41,796 nt of DNA from Candidatus Saccharimonadota bacterium (GTDB lineage: Bacteria; Patescibacteriota; Saccharimonadia; Saccharimonadales; SZUA-47): positions 1 through 41,796 of the forward strand of contig JAYSZA010000007.1 of the NCBI GenBank assembly GCA_043727115.1, given 5' to 3'. The first letter of the stretch is position 1, and the number at the start of each line of letters is the position of its first letter. Position numbers and translations under genes: made by a program. Positions 28,131 to 36,755 of the stretch are shown piece after piece. The notes under the pieces are model-generated. The model searched no databases, had not been told where the DNA came from, and saw only the letters and a program-made list of their open reading frames with translations.

Positions 28131-28637
28131 ATGAACAATTACTGTTATGTGGACGGACAGAATCTACATCTTGGTACAGCAAGTGCTGATCCGGGATGGC
28201 ATGTTGATTTACTTAGATTCCGCATATACTTAAAGGAGAAATATCACGTTGAAAAAGCATTCTATTACTTAGGATTCGTTCAAGAGGGTTCAGAAATTGA
28301 ATATCTTTATGAGACTATACAGGCTGCGGGTTTCATTCTGGTTTTCAGACAACACAACTCCGCAATGATCGGTAAGAAAAAAGGCAATGTAGATTCGGAT
28401 ATAATTTTCTCTGTAATGAAACGACTTCATAAAAAAGAAAAATTTGATAAAGTCGTTCTTGTTTCTGGGGATGGTGATTACAAAATGCTTGTTGACTATC
28501 TCATAGAAGAAAAACGACTAGCTAAAATCCTTTTTCCTAACAAAAAATTTCGTTCTTCATTGTACAAACAAATTGGCGCACAGTACTTTGCGTACCTTGA
28601 CGACGTGGATGTAAAGAAGAAGATAAAAAGGCAATGA
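28131..28637 (+). CDS. NYN-domain (LabA/DUF88, PIN-like) putative ribonuclease
   Basis: YVDGQNL, KGNVDSD, LVSGDGDY catalytic acidic motifs intact; TGC-TACAAT 6 nt before the ATG. Confidence 0.9.
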   Translation: MNNYCYVDGQNLHLGTASADPGWHVDLLRFRIYLKEKYHVEKAFYYLGFVQEGSEIEYLYETIQAAGFILVFRQHNSAMIGKKKGNVDSDIIFSVMKRLHKKEKFDKVVLVSGDGDYKMLVDYLIEEKRLAKILFPNKKFRSSLYKQIGAQYFAYLDDVDVKKKIKRQ

Positions 28638-28640
28638 AAT

Positions 28641-28690
28641 GAAAAGAGCTCCTTAGGTAATGAGCCGTTCGGAACTCTGATCGTCTTGAT
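28641..28690 (-). ncRNA. Candidate ~50-nt small RNA convergent with the NYN gene
   Basis: Lies downstream of a consensus promoter; AGAGUUCC/GGAGCUCU stem followed by a U-tract; no start codon in the predicted transcript. Confidence 0.55.
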
Positions 28691-28696
28691 GACAGT

Positions 28697-28725
28697 ATAG
28701 TATCACGTAAACGTTTATTTTTCAA
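28697..28725 (-). promoter_or_regulatory. Sigma70 promoter on the minus strand
   Basis: TTGAAA (28725-28720)-17 nt-TACTAT (28702-28697) with TGn extension. Confidence 0.65.
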
Positions 28726-28738
28726 TAAGGAGACTCTA

Positions 28739-31700
28739 GTGCAAATAAAGCTTAACGCTGCTCAGTCTAAGGCCGTTGATTATATTTACGGACCTTTATT
28801 GGTTCTGGCAGGGCCAGGAACGGGCAAGACTCAGCTGTTAAGTGCGCGTATTGCGAATATTTTGACCAAAACTGATGCTAATCCACAGAATATTTTGTGT
28901 CTGACGTTTACAGAAAACGCTGCGCAGAATATGCGCGAGCGTTTGACTAGTATTATTGGCGACGGCGCCTACGATGTGCATATCAACACTTATCATGGCT
29001 TTGGTAGTGACATAATTCGCCAATACCCGCAGTTTTTTGAGACAATCGATTTAGAGACCGGCGAAGATTCACGGTTAGAACGGCCAATTGATGATTTACG
29101 GCGCATACAAATAGTAGAAGAAATCGTCGCAAAATTACCGTACAGCAGTGCTATGATAGGCGCCCGTCACTACATCAAGAACGTCGTTTCGACTATTAGC
29201 GAGCTCAAACGGGCGCTTGTTACTCCAGATTCTTTGCGCAAATTAGCAGCCAATAATCTAAAACAAGTTAGGGAATTGTCACCAAAAATTGCAGAACATT
29301 TGACTGATGTTACCCGGTTTCCTTCAAGCGCTGATAAAGCCCTAGGGTTGTTCAATGGTATAGAAGAAGTTTTGGCGGGGCAGTATGGTTTGGCGCAAAT
29401 CGCTCATGATGAAATCGAACATGCAATGGCGGAGGCCAGTGACATTGGCAAATCATCACCGTTAACGGCATGGAAAAACAAATGGCTCACCAAAGACTCA
29501 GAAGACGGCTACAGATTTACAGACGAAGACCAACATTTGCGAATGAGCGAGCTAGCCAATGTATTCGAAAAATACGACCGAGCATTAAGCGACAATCAAC
29601 TCTACGATTTTGATGATATGATTTTGCGCGTTATTGATGCTTTACAAAACCAAGATGAACTACGATTCAATCTGCAAGAAAAATACCAGTTCATATTGCT
29701 TGATGAGTTCCAAGACACAAACGCTGCTCAGTTTGAACTAGTGAAGCAACTCGCTAATAACCCTGTTCATGAAGGCCGACCAAATGTCTTTGCCGTTGGT
29801 GATGACGACCAAGCAATTTATGCTTTCCAAGGCGCTAGAGTCAGCAACATGCTTGGATTTATTAATACTTTCCGAAATGTCGAGGTTATAAATCTAACAG
29901 AAAACTATCGTTCCCACCCGGATATCATCCACGTCGCACACAACATTGCGCGTCAAATAGAATCTCGTTTACACACACAAATTGAAGGTGTAGAAAAAAC
30001 TCTAAGCGCCAGTTCAAATAACTTACCGAAGAATTCTGATATTGAGCGACACGAATTCGACGGAGAAGCTAATGAATATTCTTGGGTCGCATCCAAAATC
30101 AAAGAGTTAGTAAACAATGGCACCAGCCCTGAAGAAATTGCAGTCCTTGCACCAAAACACAGATATCTAGAAAACATAGTACCGTTTTTGGCCAAAAATA
30201 GCGTACCTGTAACATACGAAAAGCGTGAAGATATTCTGAAAACACCGATGCTGCAAGCGTTCCGTCTAATGAGTCGACTTATTATTGCCTGTAAAAACCA
30301 GGATGAATATTTGATGAGCGAACTGTTTCCGCAAGTTCTAAGTTTAGAATTCTTCAATATTCCGGTCAAAGAAATATGGACAGTGAACTGGAAACATAGA
30401 ACTTCAGAAGCGGAAGGTAGAACTTGGGCAGAACTAGCACTTGATAGTCCCGTGCTAGAATCACATGTTTTGTTCTTTTTGGGGCTTGGCCTCAGGGCAG
30501 AGAATGAACCACTTGAATATATGCTAGATTTACTTACTGGTAGCACGCATTTAGACATTGGTAGCGACGCAGTTTATGCATCTCCGCTCAAGTCATACTA
30601 CTTTACAGACAGTTCAAAAAACACACTTCGTTATTACGAACTTTTGACCAATCTCAGTGCAATTCGTGAACATCTACGCAATCACCAATCAGCTGAGGAG
30701 AATCTACTGTCATTACAAGATTTTGTAGATTTTATACAGGCATATGAAACCGCAGAACAGCCACTGATTAATACTCACCCGATTGCGCAAAGCGCTGATT
30801 CTGTACAGATTATGACAACCTACAAAGCAAAGGGCCTCGAGTTTGAGCACGTGTTTTTACTGTCTGTTCATGACGATGTTTGGGGCAAAAAAGCTAGGAG
30901 TAATTCTAGTAAACTTAGTCTCCCGGCAAACTTGCAACATGTGCGTTACCAGGGAAGTGACGAAGATGAACTACGTAGATTGCTGTTTGTAGCAATTACA
31001 CGTGCTAAGCATGGTCTATACCTAACTTCTCACGCCAACAAAGATAGCGGCAAATCTACAGAACCGGTTAAATATTTGCTGGAATATAGTGATGGAGACT
31101 ACAGAAAAAGTACGGTTCTTCCAGAGTCAAAACAAACTGTGCAAGAAACGCACTTTAGCCCAGAGGAAACCATGCAGGCCATCGATACGTTATGGGACAG
31201 TAGACACCTAGAACTAACCTCAGACTTGAAAAGCTTGCTTCAGGAGCGACTGACCAGATATGTAATGAGCCCAACGCACTTAAACACATTCATAGATACA
31301 GAGCATGGCGGTCCAGAAGTATTCTTACTGCAGACATTGTTACGCTTCCCACAAGCACCAGGCGAGGATGGTGAATTCGGTAGTGCAATACACGGCGCAT
31401 TAGACAAATTACAAAATCGTATCAATACTGGTGCTAAGCCAACACTTAGCCTACTTCTTTCAGATTTCGACAAGCAACTCGCCAAACGCTATATAGCAAA
31501 AGACCGCATGGACGATTTCCGTAACCGCGGACATAACGCGCTGAAGAGTTACTTTTCTATAAGTGAAAATATGTTTACCAAAACAGCCAGAAGTGAAGTC
31601 GATTTTCGAAACGAGGGAGTCGTTTTGGGTGATGCCCGATTAACAGGTAAAATCGACCGACTAGAAACTGATGAGGCAAGCAAAACTGTAGATATCGTTG

Positions 31701-31972
31701 ACTACAAAACTGGTAAACCACTGACAAAATGGGATAGTTCCATTAAAGCGCAGAAATACAAACAACAGCTGTATTTCTACAAGCTTTTGATTGAAGGCTC
31801 GCACACATGGGCCGGCTACAAAGTAAATTCCGCCCGGCTAGAGTTCGTAGAACCAGACACTCAGAGCAGAGCAGTTGCTCCACTGCAAGTAATTTTTGAA
31901 GAAAAATCTGAGAACGATATCAAGAGCTTGATAGCAGAGATCTGGACCAAAATTCAAAACCTAGATTTCTAA
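28739..31972 (+). CDS. UvrD/PcrA-type SF1 helicase fused to a C-terminal PD-(D/E)xK (RecB/AddA-like) nuclease
   Basis: LAGPGTGKT, LTFT, LDEFQD, VGDDDQAIYAFQGA, LTENYRS, KAKGLEF, RRLLFVAITRA; C-terminal G..IH, GKIDRL, IVDYKTG, QL.FY; TAAGGAG SD. Confidence 0.93.
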   Translation: MQIKLNAAQSKAVDYIYGPLLVLAGPGTGKTQLLSARIANILTKTDANPQNILCLTFTENAAQNMRERLTSIIGDGAYDVHINTYHGFGSDIIRQYPQFFETIDLETGEDSRLERPIDDLRRIQIVEEIVAKLPYSSAMIGARHYIKNVVSTISELKRALVTPDSLRKLAANNLKQVRELSPKIAEHLTDVTRFPSSADKALGLFNGIEEVLAGQYGLAQIAHDEIEHAMAEASDIGKSSPLTAWKNKWLTKDSEDGYRFTDEDQHLRMSELANVFEKYDRALSDNQLYDFDDMILRVIDALQNQDELRFNLQEKYQFILLDEFQDTNAAQFELVKQLANNPVHEGRPNVFAVGDDDQAIYAFQGARVSNMLGFINTFRNVEVINLTENYRSHPDIIHVAHNIARQIESRLHTQIEGVEKTLSASSNNLPKNSDIERHEFDGEANEYSWVASKIKELVNNGTSPEEIAVLAPKHRYLENIVPFLAKNSVPVTYEKREDILKTPMLQAFRLMSRLIIACKNQDEYLMSELFPQVLSLEFFNIPVKEIWTVNWKHRTSEAEGRTWAELALDSPVLESHVLFFLGLGLRAENEPLEYMLDLLTGSTHLDIGSDAVYASPLKSYYFTDSSKNTLRYYELLTNLSAIREHLRNHQSAEENLLSLQDFVDFIQAYETAEQPLINTHPIAQSADSVQIMTTYKAKGLEFEHVFLLSVHDDVWGKKARSNSSKLSLPANLQHVRYQGSDEDELRRLLFVAITRAKHGLYLTSHANKDSGKSTEPVKYLLEYSDGDYRKSTVLPESKQTVQETHFSPEETMQAIDTLWDSRHLELTSDLKSLLQERLTRYVMSPTHLNTFIDTEHGGPEVFLLQTLLRFPQAPGEDGEFGSAIHGALDKLQNRINTGAKPTLSLLLSDFDKQLAKRYIAKDRMDDFRNRGHNALKSYFSISENMFTKTARSEVDFRNEGVVLGDARLTGKIDRLETDEASKTVDIVDYKTGKPLTKWDSSIKAQKYKQQLYFYKLLIEGSHTWAGYKVNSARLEFVEPDTQSRAVAPLQVIFEEKSENDIKSLIAEIWTKIQNLDF

Positions 31973-31991
31973 ACTCTGATACAGTTATGTG

Positions 31992-32570
31992 ATGGAAATG
32001 AAGACTTTTTTGGGACTGTTGCCTGTCGTATTAGCGATACCTTCGTATTGGCTTTACATTAGGAGCATCTACAAGGGCGCTACTGTTCCGCATATGTATT
32101 CCTGGCTGATTTGGAGCTTGCTGGCTGGCATCGGTTTTGCGGGTCAGATAAGCGGTAATGCGGGGCCTGGTGCTTGGAACACTGGCATCACGGCGGTGGT
32201 CTGTTTCATAATCTTTGTAGTTGCAACTAAAAAGGGTGATAGGAAGCTAACCGCTCTCGACAAATACCTACTGGCTGTAGCTTTTGGAGCAGTAGTTCTG
32301 CGTATCTTAACTAAAAGTGCTGAGACTGCGACCTTACTTGCAACACTCGCTGCTCTGGTTGCGTTTGTCCTGACATTCAAGAAAGCATATCGACACCCCG
32401 AGCAAGAAAATCCTGCAACATTTTTCATGAACTCACTACGTAACTTCATATCTTTGTTTGCTCTTAACTCGATAACCTTCCTAACATTCTTCTACCCATT
32501 CTGTATGATGCTAGCAAACCTCTCCATCCTAGGAGTAATCGTCTGGAAACGAAAAACTGATGTCGAATAG
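31992..32570 (+). CDS. Integral membrane protein (about 6-7 TM)
   Basis: Hydrophobic; Y.RSI.KG.T.PH..SW and K.Y..P..E repeats (PQ-loop-like duplication). Confidence 0.75.
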   Translation: MEMKTFLGLLPVVLAIPSYWLYIRSIYKGATVPHMYSWLIWSLLAGIGFAGQISGNAGPGAWNTGITAVVCFIIFVVATKKGDRKLTALDKYLLAVAFGAVVLRILTKSAETATLLATLAALVAFVLTFKKAYRHPEQENPATFFMNSLRNFISLFALNSITFLTFFYPFCMMLANLSILGVIVWKRKTDVE

Positions 32571-32955
32571 CAAGCTTATACGGCTGATAAGCTCTAAAGA
32601 CCACGATATTTCCCGAGATGAACTAGTAGAGATGATAAACGGCACCGGTACAGATATATATGACCCTGAGCGAAAGCATATCTTTCACGACTTCTACGGC
32701 AAGCATGATTTTGATTTCTTTGCAGGCAAATCTAGCATTGAAACACTAGAGTCTGACATTGAAGAAGCCGTAAGATTGTTGCCCAGTAGAACGAAGGGAG
32801 ATAGAGGATACGAGGTTAAACCCGACATAGTTATTATTTATGATGGAGATAAGTGCACAGAATTAGACGGGATATATGATTATAAAAGTGGAAGTGATTG
32901 TTTTAAATGCAAAATAAGCCCACTTGATGCTCTCCTAGAAGTCCGCATAATTTGA
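32560..32955 (+). CDS. Hypothetical protein
   Basis: 131-aa ORF overlapping the upstream gene end. Confidence 0.65.
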   Translation: MSNSKLIRLISSKDHDISRDELVEMINGTGTDIYDPERKHIFHDFYGKHDFDFFAGKSSIETLESDIEEAVRLLPSRTKGDRGYEVKPDIVIIYDGDKCTELDGIYDYKSGSDCFKCKISPLDALLEVRII

Positions 32956-33035
32956 TTGAAGCTACATAGGTAAAAGTATGAATTGCAAGTTGCTTATACT
33001 TGCAAAAATCACACATTAGAAGTTAAATCACTACA

Positions 33036-33596
33036 ATGAATGATTGGAATTTATTCCCATTTTGGGAACCACGTCCTGACGTGCCGAAATTTGCCGTGGC
33101 AGAAAGATCGGTGTTAGAAGATTTAGTTGCAAGGCAAGTTGCAGATTTATTAGCGCTATACGCTACTATTGACGATGTAGAATTAGACCAATCTGCATGC
33201 GCTATAGCTGATGAAGCGAAGACATATCGCGTGCTAGACCTAGATCCATTACTACTTGAAGATGACGGTGAACTACAGGTACACCAAATGCCGTTACTTA
33301 ACGGAGAATATGTCGTGACCGCAGGATGCCATGGAGTATCCAAAGAGGACCAGGACGGACTGGCAGAGTTTGAAGCAGTCATATGGGACCCTGCGCTAAA
33401 TATAAGCCCAAATGTGATTACGCCGGCTGGCGAGCCAATTGGCATTTCAATATTGCAAGAACTATATGAAGGTTTAATTGTTGCTAGTGGAATAACCGCA
33501 GAGCTAAGAACCATACAAACTCCCCCTAACGACACTGCCGCATTCCCGATGAGCGCTACAGAACTCGATTTTGAAGCAATTATAAGTAGTTTTTAG
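33036..33596 (+). CDS. Hypothetical acidic protein
   Basis: 186-aa ORF flanked by AT-rich spacers. Confidence 0.65.
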   Translation: MNDWNLFPFWEPRPDVPKFAVAERSVLEDLVARQVADLLALYATIDDVELDQSACAIADEAKTYRVLDLDPLLLEDDGELQVHQMPLLNGEYVVTAGCHGVSKEDQDGLAEFEAVIWDPALNISPNVITPAGEPIGISILQELYEGLIVASGITAELRTIQTPPNDTAAFPMSATELDFEAIISSF

Positions 33597-33649
33597 GAAT
33601 CATGACAACTAATGGTAATACAATAAATTATATGCTATAATATTATTAA

Positions 33650-34111
33650 ATGAGTGCAAAACTTTCATTAAACCATGGTTATTTTTATGATGCTTTGAGT
33701 GGTAAATTCAAGCCGCCGAGCGACCCGAAAGGCCGTAAGCACACTCTTGCTAGATTGCTGAACGCAACAATGGAAAGAGGAGAGGTGACCAACCCTAACT
33801 CTCACCGAGAAAAGCGAGTTATTGTGCCATCATGGGCACCAATTGAATGTGAGGTACTTATTAGCCACTGGGATATTCGTTCTTTGACTTTGACTGGTGA
33901 CGAAAGACAAGTCAAATTTGTTCATACATTACAAGATGGACGACCTAGAGGTTTGCAAGTATTCGATACGGATTATAGTGACTTACTAGTATTTGAGGCA
34001 CACGTAGGTGCTGATTCGGACTATGACCATACTCAACGAAAAGTCAGAAACATTGCTCAAAATTTCTTCGAAGCATTCCCAGCCCCACAAATCATCCCAG
34101 TCTGCGAATAA
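33650..34111 (+). CDS. Hypothetical protein
   Basis: 153 aa; TGC-TATAAT 8 nt before the ATG. Confidence 0.7.
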   Translation: MSAKLSLNHGYFYDALSGKFKPPSDPKGRKHTLARLLNATMERGEVTNPNSHREKRVIVPSWAPIECEVLISHWDIRSLTLTGDERQVKFVHTLQDGRPRGLQVFDTDYSDLLVFEAHVGADSDYDHTQRKVRNIAQNFFEAFPAPQIIPVCE

Positions 34112-34157
34112 ACAGTCAAAGAGCGTTTTTACACTTGAAATTATTTACATAATTTTA

Positions 34158-34889
34158 TTAATTACTACTTGGTAACCAAGAAATTGGAAGTATTTTGGCC
34201 GTAGGTAGTTGAGCGACTACTCTTGCTACAGTCAAACGGCTTATCGCACGCAGGTTACGCTGACCGGCAACTATATCAAACTCCACCTCCGAACCATCTC
34301 TTGCGATGAATGTTGGAGCAGGCATAATATATGTCTCCAGAAATCCAGTAGTTCTCCTGCAGTGGTCTTCTATCGTTTCCGCGATAGGCTGACCTAATTC
34401 GTAGGCTTCTCTAAGTAATAGTACAAAATTACGCAAGAATTCTTCCTCATCTGCAAAAACATTTCCAACATCTGCTAGTCGTACCGCTTTTTCTGTATTG
34501 GTCTTTGGTTCGGCGCTTACATGTGTGGCCAGAATTGCGTCGTGGACTACTTCTATTGCATCATCTCTGATACGCAAGGATTCTAAATCGTTTACTGCGA
34601 TACCGGCAGAGTACGCCTCCTTTGTTGGGAGCCCGTGCTCTGAAATGGGAACGTAGAATCCTGCGTCGTGATAGTCTAGGCCGACAATTCCAGCAAGAAT
34701 ATCTACGTCTACGTCTTTTTCTCTAAGACGCTCTACTATTTGGTTAAAGTAGCCTTTGGCTCTTACAACATGGTCATCGTAGTTATGATAGGGTAGTGGA
34801 TTTTCTGGTCTATAGTGAGCTCTAGCCATTCCAGAAATTTGCTCAAGCATATCAAGAGAAAGTGGCCTGGAAGCTGGAGAAGTTGACAT
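34158..34889 (-). CDS. HD-domain metal-dependent phosphohydrolase
   Basis: PYHN..H, YHDAG, E..SA..A, AILAT, RLADV: H...HD...D arrangement. Confidence 0.8.
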   Translation of the reverse strand: MSTSPASRPLSLDMLEQISGMARAHYRPENPLPYHNYDDHVVRAKGYFNQIVERLREKDVDVDILAGIVGLDYHDAGFYVPISEHGLPTKEAYSAGIAVNDLESLRIRDDAIEVVHDAILATHVSAEPKTNTEKAVRLADVGNVFADEEEFLRNFVLLLREAYELGQPIAETIEDHCRRTTGFLETYIMPAPTFIARDGSEVEFDIVAGQRNLRAISRLTVARVVAQLPTAKILPISWLPSSN

Positions 34890-34910
34890 AGTCGTATTAT
34901 TATATCACGG

Positions 34911-35666
34911 CTAGTAAATATAGCTAAAGTTACTCGCTGAAACAGTCCTGCTCGACACTACGTTCCAGCCCTCGAAGTTCATCTCACTTATAGTCACCGT
35001 ACCGTCACCATTAACGCTCTCTACAAACACAACATGGTTTCCTTGCTGTCCAACAGCGCCATCTGTTGGCGTCGAGCCGGTAGAAAGCCCTTGTGCGGCG
35101 GCACGCGATACCCAAGTAATTGCATTACCGAGATTATTTGGTAAATCCGAACGCCTGTTTTTGACATACCACGTGCAATAACCAGCGACATACTTGTTAC
35201 CCTCGGAACTGGCCGGTCCTGACACGGTCGATACCGCGGTGGTCTTTGAAGTGCTAGTTAAGACCTTCTTCTGTACAACGACCGGCTCAGGCAGAGGCCT
35301 AGCTACTAATTCCTCTTCCGTCGTCGGTATCACTATAATCTCACCAGGATTAATTACGTCTGGGTTAACTAATGATTCATTTTTGTCGTACAAACGCTTC
35401 CAAGTTGTTTCATATTGCTTTGCAATATCACTTAGAGTTTCGTTCTCTAGTACGACATGTTCGTTAACTATAGGCCCGAGCACAGGTTCTGCTGTCGTAA
35501 CTTCTGTTTGCGTTTGCGGTGTATCTGCTACTGCCAGTAACTGTTCCATGACAGGCTCTGTAGTGTTAATTGTTAATAAATCGATTGATGCAGCTTCTGC
35601 CTTAGCAGAAGAGCCTAAGAATATTAGTGCGCATGCTAATATACCCGCTAATACGGATGTACGCAT
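34911..35666 (-). CDS. Secreted LysM + CHAP peptidoglycan hydrolase
   Basis: Signal peptide; LysM (HVV..NETLSDIAK.Y......L...N......D.I.PG); CHAP (Y..GYCTWYV, GNA..W, NHVVFVE, ISEMN); AAGGAG SD. Confidence 0.92.
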   Translation of the reverse strand: MRTSVLAGILACALIFLGSSAKAEAASIDLLTINTTEPVMEQLLAVADTPQTQTEVTTAEPVLGPIVNEHVVLENETLSDIAKQYETTWKRLYDKNESLVNPDVINPGEIIVIPTTEEELVARPLPEPVVVQKKVLTSTSKTTAVSTVSGPASSEGNKYVAGYCTWYVKNRRSDLPNNLGNAITWVSRAAAQGLSTGSTPTDGAVGQQGNHVVFVESVNGDGTVTISEMNFEGWNVVSSRTVSASNFSYIY

Positions 35667-35683
35667 ATATGTAGTATCTCCTT

Positions 35684-35807
35684 TTACGTTTTGCAGTCCA
35701 ACGCGAGCGGCAAATAAAGTATGCCCGCATATGGTTCCTGAATCATTTCACTCACACATGAATTGACACGGAATTTCATCCTAACTAGTAGACCCTCTAT
35801 GTGTCAA
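35684..35807 (-). promoter_or_regulatory. Promoter and structured 5' leader of the LysM-CHAP gene (candidate lysM-TM7-type cis-regulatory RNA)
   Basis: TTGACA (35807-35802)-18 nt-TAGGAT (35783-35778); leader stems CAUGUG/CAUAUG enclosing UGAGU/AUUCA, then GCGGGCA/UGCCGC and GCGUU/AACGU next to the SD. Confidence 0.55.
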
Positions 35808-35916
35808 CCCCCGAAAATGGTTATGTCAATATAACAGATACAAAAACGCAAAAATATTTCGTTGTAAAATTGTACTAGCCCTAACCAGCTATATAGCGCC
35901 GCGGTTAAAAATCTGA

Positions 35917-36312
35917 CTATAGATACACGCCGGGGTAGGGTCGCGTGTCCATTGCATCTCTAACAGCTGATGCTATCAGTCTAGGCATTACGGCTAACAA
36001 TTCAGGCGGTATAAGATGCATGTTTTCGTCAGGAATATCAAAAGACAGCTCTACTTCGCCTTTTTGTGATAAAAATCTCGATATTAGCTCTCCAGCTCCC
36101 GCGACGTCTACAAGTTGTGCAACAATACCGTCTAACAAAACCGCTTTGCCGAAAGGCGTATACTGTAGGACTTTATTTTCTGGTACGGCAGATTTATTCA
36201 CGAAACTAATAACAGTTACGGCATCGTGAGTGGTGAGGCTAGGTGAGCTAGGTGAGAGAGCATGAATTCCCATCTGATTTCCGCGTTCTGTTACGAGTAG
36301 TTCTCCTGCCAT
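35917..36312 (-). CDS. Hypothetical protein
   Basis: 131 aa; TGA-GACTAT 6 nt before the ATG. Confidence 0.65.
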   Translation of the reverse strand: MAGELLVTERGNQMGIHALSPSSPSLTTHDAVTVISFVNKSAVPENKVLQYTPFGKAVLLDGIVAQLVDVAGAGELISRFLSQKGEVELSFDIPDENMHLIPPELLAVMPRLIASAVRDAMDTRPYPGVYL

Positions 36313-36434
36313 AGCGTTATAGTCTCAAGAATTATATGATTATGCAAACACTTCGTTAACTAGACACATATCTGTTAAAGCGGTTATGTTTAAGGTGTTC
36401 TACACCCGGAGGATTTAATGCTAAAGTAAACAGC

Positions 36435-36755
36435 ATGACTACATTACCTGAAAACCCCACATTAAACCAGATGCAAGAACATCTAGGTGAATTCTGCCGC
36501 CAAAAGGGCTGGGACAAAATTTCTGTCACTGAAGTGTTTTTGCTCTTTTCGGAAGAGATCGGTGAACTTGCCAAAGAAATTCGTAAACAGACAGGATTCA
36601 AAGGAGAAAAAGTTCCAGAAAATAAAGACAATATGACTGAAGAATTCGCTGATGTTTTAAATTATCTTATGGAACTAGCAAATAGGTTTGGTATAGACCT
36701 AGAGCAAGCATACAAGAAAAAACATCTCAAAAACTCAACTCGAACTTGGAAATAG
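36435..36755 (+). CDS. MazG-like nucleotide pyrophosphohydrolase
   Basis: EEIGELAKEIRK, EEFADVLNYL..LAN..GIDLE.A...K...N..R.W. Confidence 0.9.
   Translation: MTTLPENPTLNQMQEHLGEFCRQKGWDKISVTEVFLLFSEEIGELAKEIRKQTGFKGEKVPENKDNMTEEFADVLNYLMELANRFGIDLEQAYKKKHLKNSTRTWK

Noticed and set aside
28635-28700. TGA read-through extending NYN (NEKSSLGNEPFGTLIVLMTV), or genetic code 25
   Set aside because: Long conserved genes here have no internal TGA and several end in TGA, so code 11 applies. The short open frame may be an ancestral tail but is no evidence of recoding.
28537-28725. 62-aa minus-strand ORF as a protein antitoxin
   Set aside because: Its TTG start is the -35 box of the promoter, so it lies upstream of the predicted transcript. 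It also overlaps the NYN gene antisense.
28131-31972. NYN plus helicase-nuclease as a two-gene defence operon (Gabija-like)
   Set aside because: The helicase-nuclease looks like the housekeeping UvrD/AddA-type repair enzyme, there is no OLD/TOPRIM partner, and adjacency alone is insufficient.
35194-35766. 190-aa plus-strand ORF and similar antisense ORFs (e.g. 29953-30558, 33023-33535, 5835-6257)
   Set aside because: Shadow frames opposite better-supported genes, with Ser/Thr-rich antisense composition and no motifs.
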